A program made the translations under genes and the position numbers. The notes under the pieces are model-generated. The model did not search any database, was not told the origin of the DNA, and was given only the letters and a program-made list of their open reading frames with translations. A stretch of 64,000 nucleotides of DNA, from positions 77,438,001-77,502,000 of the forward strand of contig OZ076409.1 in assembly GCA_964187785.1 (NCBI GenBank). Reading direction: 5' to 3'. The stretch comes from Amphiscolops sp. MND2022. Taxonomy: Eukaryota. Below, in pieces: positions 49,888-63,713 of the stretch. Numbering within the stretch: the first letter of the stretch is position 1; each line of letters begins with the position of its first letter.

Positions 49888-52800
49888 ATGGCATACCATC
49901 ACACGGCTTCTGCAGCTATGCCTGCCCAACCCCAACCCCAACCCAATCAAAACGCTGTTCGAACTCAGCTAGTTAATCAAGTGCAGTTCATTGAGGAGAG
50001 ACTGCGCAATGGCATTTCGCCGGCAGCTTTGGCCGGGATCACTGCTCTCCTAGCACAGATGGAGACACAGCCCACCATACCCAGTTTAGCTGTATCCATA
50101 GTAGCCGATGTGGCAGGGTACAAACGTACAATGACCTGTCGAAGTGGAGTATGGGATGGCTATGACCTAACCCACCCTTTCCACGACGACAGATCCACTG
50201 CAGTGAGAGTCCCCAGTATACAAACGACCGTCGAATAAGAGGCTACCCTGCGAATTCCGCTTGCAAATGTGCCCATGCCACAACCTTTAAACCCGGCACA
50301 TCTAGTGATTCAGCCTCAACCGCAGATACACCCGCAATCGGGATCTCAGCCGATGTATTTGCCGAGTGCCCAACCAATAGCACCATCCTCAGCCCAAGTA
50401 GCGCCCTATGCCAGTGCTCCCGCAGCCCATGCGCCACATATGGTTCTCAGCGCCACCCCACGATTAGAGCAAGAAGCCGGCACTTCCAGTCCAATGTCCA
50501 AAGCCAGAGTACAATCAGTGCAGTCCTCCGCACCACCCTCCATGCGGTCAGGCGAAACTGCACCTGACATGTCGCACAGAACCCCTAGCGAACAAGCTGT
50601 AATCCAAGCATTGCAGGCAGTAGCAAATTACCCCGAATCCAGGGAGTTCGTAGAAACAGTATCTAGACAAATTCCAGGGTTGCAGAATCTTTTGGGAACC
50701 GGGGAAAACAAGAGGGTTGCCTGACTACGAGAGAAGGTCAAGGTCCAAGCACCGATCCACTCACTCCTAGTACCAGCGCGACCAGAAACTGAGCACCCTC
50801 GCCAATACCTGGATTGTCAACCGTATCTGATGAGGAACTTGGCCGCAAAAGGGCCTCGCCACATGAGCTGACTCAGTCGGTTGGCAACAGCGATATCCCA
50901 ACGAGCCGTCCTCCGCCAGACAAGCGAAACAGTGTATTACGCTCTGTGGTGATTCAAGAACCACCAAAAGTAGGCTACCATGGCATGTCCGAACACCAGA
51001 TGACAATGAAAGAAGTAATGGAACTATATGCTCCGAGTCCCGCATCCGTGCCAGAAAGCCCCGACAATTCCGTGCATTCGAGCTCCTCAATAGCAAAGTC
51101 TGGGAAGAAATTTACGGACCCACCGTATTATCCACAATCGGACAACGTATCAGGGTCTGTGGTAACAAGAGATGCTAATCGCATCTGGCAAGTCGCCCCC
51201 AAACTGAACGAGCGACAGTACCGTGACCGCCAAAGAATACCGACAACTAGCACCCATCAGGCTCAACTGCGAAAGCTATCGATAACTGTTCATTTGTCAC
51301 GAACCTTGCGCCCCTTCGACGCCGATACAGGCGAAGCAACGTGGGAACAACGAGTGATTAGCCGATTGACAACGGCTCACGACAACTATCTTCGTCCCAT
51401 GCAAAACAATCTACACGAACAATGCAACGCCAGATACTCGCTACGGCCAGGTGAAACCTGGGAAACCCACAGCCAGTACCCCAGGAACCTGAAAGCAATG
51501 AAGCCAATGTCGAAAGAGGCAATTCAGCGCACACGTTACTGCGTAATGATTGATTCAACTGTCCCATGCGACCTTCCTCTTGACAACGTCATTCCTGACG
51601 TATTGGTCGTAACCATGCCTTTATCGCGACTGCCCGAAATGGCAGAAGTAGCCACAGTCTTGTTCTCCCCCGAAGGTCCCCCGAACGAACCTCCACCCAG
51701 GCGAATTATTTTTGCCAATTTGAGGGACCACATGGCATGCGAAGGTCTATTGGAGAACCTGCCTCACTTGCTGCGCGAGATGTCAGCCAACGAAGCAGCT
51801 AGAAACGAGGTGATTGAAGTATTACACCGAGCGGCGACCGCGATGGAACGTACAGCAGAATTGCTCCGCACACACCTGAAAGTGCCGGCCTTGTTTGTCT
51901 CTCCCCCTGGAATGTTATATTGGGAAGGAATGTTCCAACAGTTCGTCTATATGCTAACGGAAATTTGCAGTGCTCGCAGTATTGAATTCTACTTGTGCGC
52001 GCCTAACTTGCGCGTCGGGAAAGCCGACTTACGTCCTGCTGCAGTCTCAGTACATGCATACTTGGCAGCAATATCACGCCTGTTGCAACCTGTGGAACGT
52101 CGTGGCAATGCCCAGCTAACGTGGGATGATGCGATATATTTCGACCATGGAATGCGTCTAGGCACGCTAACCTTCGATGAAACGGGGAAGCGAATTAGCT
52201 CAGAAACAACCCTAAAAGAACGCGAGAATATGCGCAGATACAACTGGCTAGTACGCGAAGCACACCCCAACACTATCAAGGCAGACCTTGCAGCAGTCTG
52301 GGATCAGCTGAACAGATGGCCACTTAACCGTGAGGTCGAACGGACCATTCCCCTAGTTCAATTCGCTGACAATACCGAACTCGTCAAAATGCCGTTGGGC
52401 ATAAGACACATCGTGGCCCATGAGGCCGTGACCCTCAGCATTTTGGTTCAAGCCAAGGAGGCCACTTACGGAGATTGGTACAATGATCGCCCAGCCACGG
52501 TCACCCTAGAAATAGCCGCACGGATCTTGTCTGTTTCTTTCTATGCAATGCTGACAAATTTTGGATTGGGTTGGCACATGGACGTCATTGCAGACGAGTT
52601 CAACCTAACCGACGGACAACTGCAAAAAATCACTGAGGTACTCAAAGAAACTTCGGTGAACGAGGTGTTAGCCCTTGCGCTAGCCGTTGGGCCTACCAAG
52701 TTCGTGGCTGGTCCGTTAGCCATCGTTGTAGATTTGGACACATCTGGTGGAGTGTTAGAATTTTACACATACCTAGTTTTGGCTCAAGGAAAGCTAGCCA

Positions 52801-54149
52801 GCTTGCTTGGGTGTGGGGAAATTCTCTTCACACAAAACGTGCACAACTACACAGAGCCTTTGTTCCGAATGAGAGCTTCCGTACAACACTGGCTCTATTC
52901 AAAACTGATCTATGCATCAGGCTTATTTGTAGGAGTGGACCAAGCTCAACCCCTACACGATCCAGACACGCAGCTGCCTCGTGAAATTCCGGGCTTCCCG
53001 ATGCCGCAACAACTGGCTGACCTGACGCTAGCCGAGGTGGAAGACTTAGTTCAGTGGTAGCTCCTGTCTTAATTCCAATCTTTGGAGCTCTTGGACTGCT
53101 ACGCTATCCAACCAAGCCTGTATCCCTAGCAGTGCATGTTGCAACGGTGTCCATCTTCACATACCTTCAGGGGAGCCCGCCTATGAGCTATGCACAAATG
53201 ATACGAGAAACATACGAAATACCCCAAGCATATACCACTATCGAGACCGAACAACAAGCAGAGGAGAATATGATGGGTGTTGTCCGTGCCCGCTCGCGCA
53301 AAGCCGCTGTTCTACCACGGTCCCATCAATTGGTACAACGCTCCTGTTGACCTGAATGGACAGCAATTCCGGGTTCCTTGGTCGTCAGATTTCATCAAGA
53401 TAGTGGTAAACTCTTGTTTACAGCTCAGCCGGCATATCCGTTCGGACTACATGTTTAAATTCATCCAGGTGCCAAATCGCTACTGGAAGGAGCCAGTGGG
53501 CTACCCTCGCGCGCGCCCAATCGGACGCGGGAAAGAACTGCTGGATCACCAATTACGGCACATAGACGTAGCCAATGTACCCAAATGGATTCACGTGGCG
53601 GCACTAGTGCGTGATCGCAACCTGTCACGTCGAATGGCCCACTTACAATACGAGCCTGCTTGGCGCCCACAAGGACGCATGATTATGTCTGGGGATATGC
53701 CGTTGTCCTTATTGGACATAGTGAACCAGGTGTTAGGCGCGGAAATGCGCGCTGAATGGGATGAGGAATGCCTCAATCTGGAAGTCAGCAATTTCGACAT
53801 ATGGAAACAAGCTTGCGCACTTTGGAAGCAAGCTGGCTGGGTATCAAAGCGTGTAGCCCTAGCAGCCAACCATCGTGCTGAAGAAGAACGCGTCGCTCGA
53901 TATGCCCCACAACCGCCACAGCCTTCTACTATGGCGATGTCATTAGAACAACCATTGACGGTAGAAGCCAATCCAAATGAAGCAGAGGTTGCAGAAGATG
54001 AAACAGCTATACCTGTAACTCCTAGTCCTTCTTTAGAACATGCAGCAGAGCTGACTCCTAATGTAGAGCTGGCAGAGCCCATCGGTGATTCACCATTGAT
54101 ACCGATGTCGAAACTGTTGTGCCTTCGCCAGTCCGACGCGCGTCTGTGA
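49888..54149 (+). pseudogene. Giant Gypsy ORF2 in the env position (~1,400 codons when stops and frameshifts are bridged): Pro/Gln-rich N-terminus, SGNH-like segment, long helical region, acidic tail
   Basis: Abutting same-strand ORFs 49888-50238, 50269-50724 (same frame), 50814-53060, 53054-53350 and 53277-54149. SGNH-like order CVMIDS / VTMPLSRL / IIFANLRDH / LFVSPPG / DLRP at 51534-52088. Confidence 0.7.
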
Positions 54150-54998
54150 GCGATGCCTCACCTCCAAGAGAAGTCTCTCCTCGAAGCAGGAACAAATCTG
54201 CTATTCAATGAACTGTTAACGCTTTAGTGAATCTGAAACTTCATCAATCAATCGAAGGAAGCTAGGCCTTCCGTAATGAAACCTCTAAAGAAACTTCACA
54301 GCCTTACTACGGTGCTGCACTCAATTGGTGCAATTTTAGTTAACTGTTGTTAGTAAGATATTTTGATTTAGATTTATGCCTCGGGTGTATGGTTATAGAG
54401 TGCGCCTGCCCCTTTTGCCAGCATTACGTTAACAAAGCTCTTGAAAAAGAAATGATCAAGTTAACAATGTCTTCTTTCAACAAACGCCTTTGGCGTTGTC
54501 CAAAAAGAAAATCCAGGTGCGAAAGCACAGCCAAGCCAAAAAAAATCTTTTAACTCTAATCGTTACCCTCCAGCTGAGTCTTGTATACTCTATCGACTGT
54601 CTGTTTGTAAAATGGAGCTTATACGCTCCTAAAAAAGATGTTTTAAACGAAAACTGCAGAAAAAACGGAACTCTACAAAAAATAGGACAAAAGACATTTT
54701 AGCAGGCACTTGCCGCAAAAGACATTTTAGTCTTCACTAGTGCTGAAAAAGGCTGAAGCCACCTTAGAAGCTCAAACTCTCGAGCTGGTGCTACGAACGT
54801 CTCGATTTTTTATGTAAAAATATTAGGTCTTGTAGTAAAATTGCAATAAGATCCGAAAAGGCGATGTCTCCAAAGTGGCTGTTCTATGCAACGGCACATC
54901 AACTTCAAGATGTATCCACAGCATGGGCAGTGTCCTGCCTTCAGACGGGAACCCCCGATGCTTGCCAGGGACGACAAGCCAGGAGCCCAGGGAGTGGA

Positions 54999-55694
54999 TG
55001 TAACGGCACCCTATGACCAACAAAATTTTCGTTTGACGATTTTCTGAAAATTTCGTTCAAAAGTGACGTGGCCCTCAAACATGAGTTCACGAGGTACCAG
55101 TACCGTGGGGCGGAAAAAGTGACACGACGGTAAAAGAAGCGTGTACAACGTCACAGAATCGAGAAATCGTAAGCCCATGCGCTAATTGCCACGGTGCCCA
55201 TCGTAAATGAGACGGAACCAGCATGTCCGAGTGATTGCAGCGCCCGGACCCAGGGTTGTGTCGAACCCGAGAACCAGTGCCATGCCACCCTGAGTGATTT
55301 TAGATTCGCCTGACTGGAGTTTCATGCCTTATTGATGTGTTCATTGATTTGTTTGATGAATTCTTTACTCGAGAGCTACCTTTGTTGATGTTAATGTCAT
55401 TTACGATGGATTTCCATCTGGACCATTTAATTCAGTTCTATGCAGCTTAACCCTATTTTTACAGGCTATTTACACAGTGGATACGAGGAAAAAGCGTATT
55501 TCATGTGACTAGTAGCAGTTACAGACCGGAACCGGTCAGAAAGCATTCTTAGAGACGAATCTCCCTTCTCGGGACCGGCATTCCCTAGGAGGACAAAATG
55601 AACTGGAATCATGGCGATCAGTCCCGGATCATTACCCATGGCTTCAGTTCCTCCACCCTGCGTAGCGAACAAACGCTAAGCGCTTTTCGTTACA
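54999..55694 (+). repeat. 3' LTR of giant Gypsy (696 bp)
   Basis: TGTAACGGCACCC...CGTTACA preceded by the PPT. Confidence 0.95.
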
Positions 55695-58600
55695 AAAACA
55701 TGTAAAAAGTTCAAGCAGTTCCAACCAGGGTAGAGAACCTGTTAGCCTTGATGATAACATCTTGAAATCTAACCATACTATTTATAGCTGACACTTGGAT
55801 ACAGTACAGTAGCGTTCTAAAATATCGCAACTCCATTGCTTATCATTGTGATTTTTAAATCCAAATATCTTAAAAACAGTCACAAATGCAGAAAATTGTA
55901 AGCTACAAAAGTTTCTTAGACTTTTATCTAGTTTACGAAAATGTTTGTTTGAAATTTCTGAGACAAAAATCACAAAAGCTAAAAATTGGATATTTTGACA
56001 AAATTCATCATATTTCCACTTTTTCTTGATTTTCACAAAGTTGAAAAAATTATTTTTAAAAATTTTCATCCAATCCTTCGTCCCCAAATCTCCCGAGGAT
56101 GCTAATATGATTTGATTGAAAAACTTTTTCGATTTTGAATAAAAAATTATCAATTTTTTAAATATAATTCTTATAGCTTTAATCTTAATACATGTTTTTC
56201 AGAGGTTATAGACAGAAAATACAGTGCATTTTTTCTGACTCGAAACAAATTATCGATCAAAACAATTCAGTAGGTTTGGGAGATTATAGGGAGTTTCCTA
56301 GTGAAAAAAAAATCCAAAAATTTTAATTCTAAGCCACTCAATTTTCGAAGACTCAAATTTCAAATAAAATTTTCTACTGTATTGTTACCATTTTTGTTAA
56401 TCACATATCAAGCGAAACAACATGGCGCAGCCAGTATAAAAAAATGTCGGAGACAAAAGACGCAATAAGGCTTCATTGGCAAGACCGTCCCTAGAAACAC
56501 GCCAAAACTGAACCAATTTCATCAATCAATTCGAAAACAGTTGAAAAATTTTTGCTACCTTTATTGAAACAAAAAAGTAGTATATCTGGTGGTGAAAGTT
56601 CATACCTTACGTAATATTGACTGACAACTAGACTAACGAATGACAGAGAAAATCTTGAAAAACCATCAGAGAAAAGGCTTGGGTTTTGACTTGGGCCTGG
56701 AGGGGGCAGCTGTAACGGAAGTTTCAAAGACTGTTAGAAGCAACGATCTAAATCAATTGGACATCAGTCAACTATACTGCTTGTTCCGATTACACTTTCT
56801 ATCGCCACGAAACAATTTCAGAGCAGAGCGTCTTTTTATTCAAAACAGAGCCAAACGAGACAATTGAAGAAGTTTGGACCGGATTTTCAGAATTCAAAAA
56901 TAATTGCGACTTTGATAATGTTTCATCAGGCAAACTTTAAGAAAACCACCGGTGACTCTGAACAGAAAACGAAATTCAGAAACAAATCCAGAAGTGGTAC
57001 ACAAACATGTGTACGAAAATTCACTCGAAACATTCTTTTACTATAGTAGAAGAATGTGAGCTAACTACCAAAACAAGAGCTGCACATTGGACTAGGAGTT
57101 GCATCTGCAGAAAATTACAAACGGGGCCACGAAAAATTGCCGGTAATTCAAGAAGGCAATGGAGAGAAAGAAGACTACTGCAACGCAATCCTTTTAGTCA
57201 ACCATGTAGTGTTCCAAAACGTTTGTGTAACCCAATTACGAAGAAAAATCCAATCCAAAACAACCAAAAACACGTCAAAGACTTTTAAACCGTTTTTTGA
57301 ATAGTCAACCGCTATCGCAGGCTGACGCCTGCGACGGACGATTTATCAAGTTAGCCTGGAGAACAATTGTCATATGCCAGCCCCTGGAGTATTGCCGATT
57401 TAAAATAAACTCCAAAACTACTATTCTATACTCACGTTGTTAATTCTGTACATGTATTGCTTTCATTAGGTATAGGATGAATTATGCTTATTTAACCAAG
57501 CGACACCATTTCGATGCTATTCTGACCTAAGGTCAGTTTGACCGCATACAAGTAATCTTATTGTTGTAGTTAATAGATATTATACAACTAGTCTGTGTTG
57601 ATGTATACGTCAATTTGTGAACCAGTACCAAAGCTCAAATGTGCAAATGAATAATGCTCGTTGAAATGTTAATCAACTTAGCAACTGTGATAATATAACA
57701 ATTAGCTGTGCTAATTTGTATAAGAAAGGAAACTCGTTCAACTGGTACTTTGATGCAGTCCAACTGATGCAATGTCCGAATTACATTTGCCAATCATGGT
57801 GCTTGTACGCTTTGTAAATATACTGCAGTCAAAAGGACTTTACGTCCGCTTTCATACTCTAGGTAGTTAGTTAGTCATTAGTACAGTTTCCGCAGCGTCC
57901 AGTGTTTGTTTAGTAGTATTTCAGAGAACATGAAGTGTTACCCACATGTAAATATTTATAATAACGTATAGTTGTTCAATTTTTTGACGTTAAATTTTCA
58001 ATACGATTCCTATTTTCAACCGCGTACGTGATACGGTGTAAACGTGAGATTGTTACTATTTACAACTAAAAAGATGTCATTCCTTTTTTCATTTTAGTGA
58101 CACCATAAGGTATGGGTGTCATGGTATTCAAAGTAAACACAGCAGGAATTTGTTGTTGATAGGGTCATTATTAATACTACTGCGATAAAACTTACTGCAA
58201 AGTACACTATTACTCTGTTTGACTTATTGTCACAGATAACTTGAAATTCAGTCCGTGAACGAAAATCAAACATTTGTTTTGCCTCAACTGGGGAGCAGAA
58301 GGCTAAAAAAAGTGTTTTAGACAATCAGACGTAATGTCAGACAAAACATGGATGTGATGCTAGTAATCGTTCGTGGGAAAGTATTGAACGCTACGAAGCT
58401 CATAGTGAGAGTGAGGTTGACCTAGTGACAATGAGACTTCAAAAAAACTGGTCATACTGGAGAAATTTTCAGGTCCCTACAAAATACCAATGTTAACGAG
58501 GATAAGGAAACTAATGCTGAAACTAGTAGAGCAATCAACTCTGAAACCTCCTCTCAAACGTCTAGAAAGTTAGACGAAATTAGATCAGACTTAAATTCAT

Positions 58601-61600
58601 ACATACGTGAGGAAATCAACTCAGCAATTGAAGAGAAAATGTTGCACAGCATTCAAATTTCAATGAGAGTACAAAATGCTGATTCTAATACAAAAGTGGA
58701 CCTTCGATCAGACGGAGCGCAACAAAATACGAACGTCGATTTTAGCCTTTGTAGACCTCCCCAAGCTCAATTTAGTTAAGAGGAGCCAGAATTGCCATCC
58801 TTGTGAGAACTCGATTGACTCTCAGGTGAGTGACGAAGGTTGCGATAAACGCTAAAACGGTCAGAACAAACAATGTCTGTCATTAGTGAATACTTGCAGG
58901 AAAACTTAAATCATCATCATTTGGATCAGATTTGACGTAAACTGCGAATTTTCAAACAGTCCGTCAAAAACATTCTAAATAACGATACACAATAATCGAT
59001 GGGAGAAAAAGGACTTCTTTTACAACAACAAAGAAACACAGAGCCTAACTACAGAATGATCCTAATGAAAGCGTGCAAATTTTTCAGGAAAAGGGACAAC
59101 CAATCACAATCACAAACAAGGATGACCATCCAGTGCGTGAAGCAACTAAAATCCAGCAGATATTTACAACGAGCAGTCAAAATTATTGAGGATTGCTTAC
59201 CAAACAGAGCAGTATTCGTTTTCCATGCTTCTGCAGGACAAGTGGGTCGAATACATCCTGATATCACAAAAACTGAATCAATAAACAGTTGAAATTTAGT
59301 CGAAATAGCCCTATATGGAGTAGTTGATATCCTGAACTTCAGAACAAATCTCCAGAAACATTGATTGCAGAGTTCAAGTCAAAAATATTCAAGACAAAAT
59401 CAGTTTTGAACCATCCAAATTGACAAATGAACTTGGACAACAAATTTTGGCCAAAATGCACTTGCACTGCTACCGAGTTTTGCACGACATACTGCGTGTT
59501 CCTCAAATGGACTGACAGTTATACCTATAAATTTCCAGGAACGTGTGGTCACAAGAATTTAAACACCCGGCTTTGTAGGAAAATACCAAAAGTTACCAAT
59601 ATGTGAAGCAACACAACACTAGGATGAAGTTGGTGAGCAATGAAAAATTAAACAAGAGGAGTGTGTACCTGGAAAATGCTTTTTCTAAAACATAAATGCA
59701 AATAAAATGAAAACCTCGACCAGGTCGGAATCAGACCCACAAGACGAATGAGATTCAATTTTTGAAATACGAAAAAAATAAATAGTTGCAACGCAAGATT
59801 TGGCCTTGGAGACCTCGGAAAGTTATGATGTGCTAAAACTTCTGTTTAAAAAAATAGATTTGGTCGAACACATAAACCAAAACAACAAAGTAAAAGTGCC
59901 TTTTATAAGAAAAGCATTGGTGTTTTTCTTATATGAAAGGAAATTCAGTGTTTTTTTAAGAAAAAGACCAACGAATCAGAAGACAATGAGTAACACGCCA
60001 CAGTTGGAACCGAGAGATCAATCTTCAAACCAAATGAATCAACATGTTTTCAACAAAATGCATTGTCTAGAAAACATATTTGCTTTCAGTTTCCTTTGTT
60101 CGATTGGTGATTGTGTGTGTCCTAGGACTGAGCAACAAGCACTTATATTGCAGTTGAATGGACAGGACACAAAACAATTTCAGGTGATATATTTTGATGG
60201 GAAGCCAAACAATAATATTACAGAGTGCTGACAAGTTCATGACATCAATACATGTAGTTGCCTTACTCCAGAAAGGATTATTGATTATAAGGAAAAGCTG
60301 CACTTCAAGATTGATGGGACGTAAACTCGTTTTGTAATCATTTCTTGCACAACATCACTCTAATTTATACGAAGTTGCAAGTAAGAGCTCGTTTTTCAAA
60401 TATGACTCAACAATAAGCTCTTTTTTGGCGTCAGTATCTTTCCACATTTCCATTCAAATTCAAACTTATTAGTTTTTGAATACCACAGACCTCATACTGA
60501 AAGGCCACTTTTTATAGAATTTCTTTCAGCCTTCCTACCAAACTTTGGAGACGATCTCGGTTGCTCCCAAAGGGTTCCACTTTTAGCTACCATATTTTGT
60601 GGAGCTTTTGTCGTTACAAGAGGACTTCGGTTTTTATCGGCATAGTGAGAATTTTCCACCAAATCATTTGATGTTGCCATAGGGCCCATCTTTGGTTAGT
60701 TTGTTTTTCTTCAACCAACTGAATGATTTTAAAAAAACCTGAAAGATCCCCTCTTTGACGTTTATCGGCACTATGGCACTGTTTCAAACAAACTTCTCAT
60801 TTTTTGTCTGAAATTGCATTTTCTCAATCTATACTCACCTATATATTTTTTCAATACTAACAGATTTTTTGACGTTATGTCCGTAGTAAATTGCGTTTTA
60901 CTAAGGAGAAAGCAAAGGTTCGTAAGTATTGCGCTAAATCTGAACGCTGATGTTATAGCCGAAGTAAATTGCGTTTTAATGAGAAGGTGGTCCATGTTCG
61001 AAAAAATCCCTCCCATATGGCCCAGTACGTTATACCCGAAATTCTGAGTGTTTTCCTAGCACGAAAGGCACCCTTTGGGTGTTTGGAAATTTGTGAGTTT
61101 TTCATATGAAACGACTTGAAAATATTTTGCATGCTTTGAGCTTTTTTCTTTTTGAGCCTTCGGTATAGCGACGGTTTGAGGTGTTCCAGTCTTGTTGATC
61201 TTTGCTCTGATATTACTTTTTCCCAAAGCGAATACATTTATTTTATTACACTAACGTAAAAATTTCGAGTCCATCTGAATGTTTTAATACAGCGCTCGAT
61301 AGGAACGCCAGATTTTCGTTAGGTTCTTTTCGAAAAAGTCAGATTTTACGCCGAAATTCACTGTGATTTCCAAAAACACGGAATTTTACAAACAAAAAAT
61401 AGATCTTCCTAATTATTTTTATTCAAGTGACAACAACTGACACACAGTTAACGTTGCTTTTTAACCAAACAAACGATTACGTATTTCTCGAAATCTGGGT
61501 GTTTCATTGGGGACATAAATTTGTGGAAAGTAAGAGTAATTAAGTCATTGAGTAAAATGCTTTCTGAATATATTTTGATTGTCGATTACACTCATAGCTA

Positions 61601-63713
61601 ACAGATTAATTCCAATCCAGTTTTGCATACAGTTTTTGTAAAGACTTACCATGTATTTCAATTTCAATTCGGTTGGTGTGGTTCCATATAAATAAATGAT
61701 AGTAGCAGCGATTAATTTGGTGAACTTCGAAGCATTTGGTGAAATATAACTTTTAAAGTACACATTTGAAAATATTTTTTGCAACTGTTGTCGAAAATTT
61801 CAGAGAATTTTGTTGCAATTTCCAATGGTTATTGCAGATCTTGATTATTGCTTCCAGTATCCAATGACAAAACAGGACAATTGTCAAAGTGCAGTGAACT
61901 TATTTCTTAAGTCTGGAATATAAAATGAATGAACAATACGAATTTTGAAGAAGTTTTGTGTGTGTGTGTAAGTATTTCCGATACTACGGGGCAAAATTTC
62001 GATTTTTGACGCTTTGGGACCAAAACTTTTTTGTGTGCTGTGAATACGAACTGACGAGTAAAGCGTAAGCCCCTGTTGTGAGGTCAGATGAAAGCCTATT
62101 GTTTATGAACAGATTGAAAATTAGAACTGATGAATGAGTAAAACAGAACTGTGCTGAATCGGACATGGCCGTTGACCACAGCGTGTAAATTCAAGCCACC
62201 GTGTGAATTTCATTCAAAAAAATGCACAGTAGAACAAATGTATGGTGTAATGGATTCATTTTGACAACTGGTGGCGTGAATTTTACCTTTGTTTGAAATA
62301 ACAAGCCGGGAAGATGAGCCCCGTGCTCATGGTTTGAACAAGTGTTTTGAATAAAACACTTGAGTAAAGTGTTTTGAAAATACGAAGAGACCTTTTTGTG
62401 AAAGATTCCATCAAAGTTACAATTCCGAAGAGTACCCATAAAACTCGAAAACCGTTGTTACTCTAAACAACAAAACGCCTAATTTTTGACGAAAAATGGG
62501 GAAACAATACACCGAAATGGATGTTGAAAAACCCAAAAAGAAACCATTTAAGTTCGCAAACGCTTTTTCCGTCAAAAAAAATTCAAGCACGGGGTATCTT
62601 TTACCAAATGGAAAACTTTTTTCCAAAACTGTGCACTGTGCCCAAAGAACCCAACGTCTTTTTGACAGGTGATAAGAAAACTCTCATCATTTCCACAGGA
62701 TTTGAAAATAGACAATGATGTCGTCCTTATTACCTACAAAACTGTTTTCCTTGATATTAAACCTTTAAAAACGAAAAAATTGTGTATTAACGTTTTCTCT
62801 TAAACCCACTCAGCGGCGTGAGGAAGAACACTCTTAGGAAGCGTCAGAAAAGAGGAATAGCAGAAGCCAGTAAAATTACTGAAATCAAAAAATCAATCAA
62901 CCTGAAACTAAACTAATTATACATTATTCTGTAAATAACTTATGTACTACGACGTTAAACATAGTCGCATCTGAAAGGAAGAAAAACAAGCAAACACGAC
63001 AGCACAATTGAGATGCGAGTAGCACACCTGGCACGCAGACCAGGAAATGATTATCGAGTATGCTGCCGGGTTGCTGCCTCTGAACTAAACAAATCAGCAT
63101 TTCTGTATGCCAAATAAATTCGAGTGAAGAACAGCACCGAGCGACCACAAGCAATTCTTCCAAGCCGCTACCGAAAGCTATGGCAGCGCCTAGTCAACCG
63201 TACGATGAGCTTTATAAATCGATGCTCTTAACTAATGATTGAGGGCAGGTGTAAATTAAAAATGTGATTGGAAAGCACTGAAAAATAGTGCAGGTGAACA
63301 ATTTGGCTTGCAATTGAGTGTGTATTATTATTTTGATGCTATTTAACACAACTGTAAGATTTTGTTATCTAACAGTGAAATCCGACTCCGGGAAAAACCG
63401 TCCGATTTAATTAATTATGTGATTGTAGTCTGTTAATGACAAAAACGTGAGATACAAAAGTTTGTTATTGAAACCACTAAGTGATGAAGAATACGACAAT
63501 CAATCAGTTAAGTGTAGTGGTGTCAATAATTTGTGATAGTTTACCTGAGTCAACCTCCCAGGCAAGGTACTGGACTCTAGTAACTGAGTACGTCCTCGAG
63601 TAATGAAGTACATATCGCTAGCTCGTAACGACAATTCAGTGCTCAAGTGCGACATTTTAATGCTGTAAGCATTAGTCCAAAGTTGGAAATGTTATTAAAG
63701 TGCAGTTTATTAT

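Larger units (their letters stand above)
36892..55694 (+). mobile_element. Giant (18.8-kb) Ty3/Gypsy LTR retrotransposon with accessory domains and a large second ORF; non-functional copy
   Basis: LTRs 36892-37638 and 54999-55694 ending CGTTACA; PPT AGGGAGTGGA (54989-54998); candidate PBS TGGCGACCAC (37655); possible AAAA TSD; gag-PR-RT-RH-IN order. The left LTR start is decayed (GATAATGGC vs TGTAACGGC). Confidence 0.92.

Noticed and set aside
53591-54082. Antisense ORFs over the giant Gypsy (also 48399, 51989, 52541) and over Mag/BEL pol
   Set aside because: Shadow frames of genuine coding sequence.
59800-60400. 143-aa ORF and a nearby GTAAGA donor as a host gene
   Set aside because: Starts at TTG, has AT-rich low-information composition, in-frame stops downstream and no domain similarity.
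60870-60990. Short ~80-bp-period duplication (GTAAATTGCGTTTTA twice)
   Set aside because: Two short copies only, with no element boundaries or function inferable.
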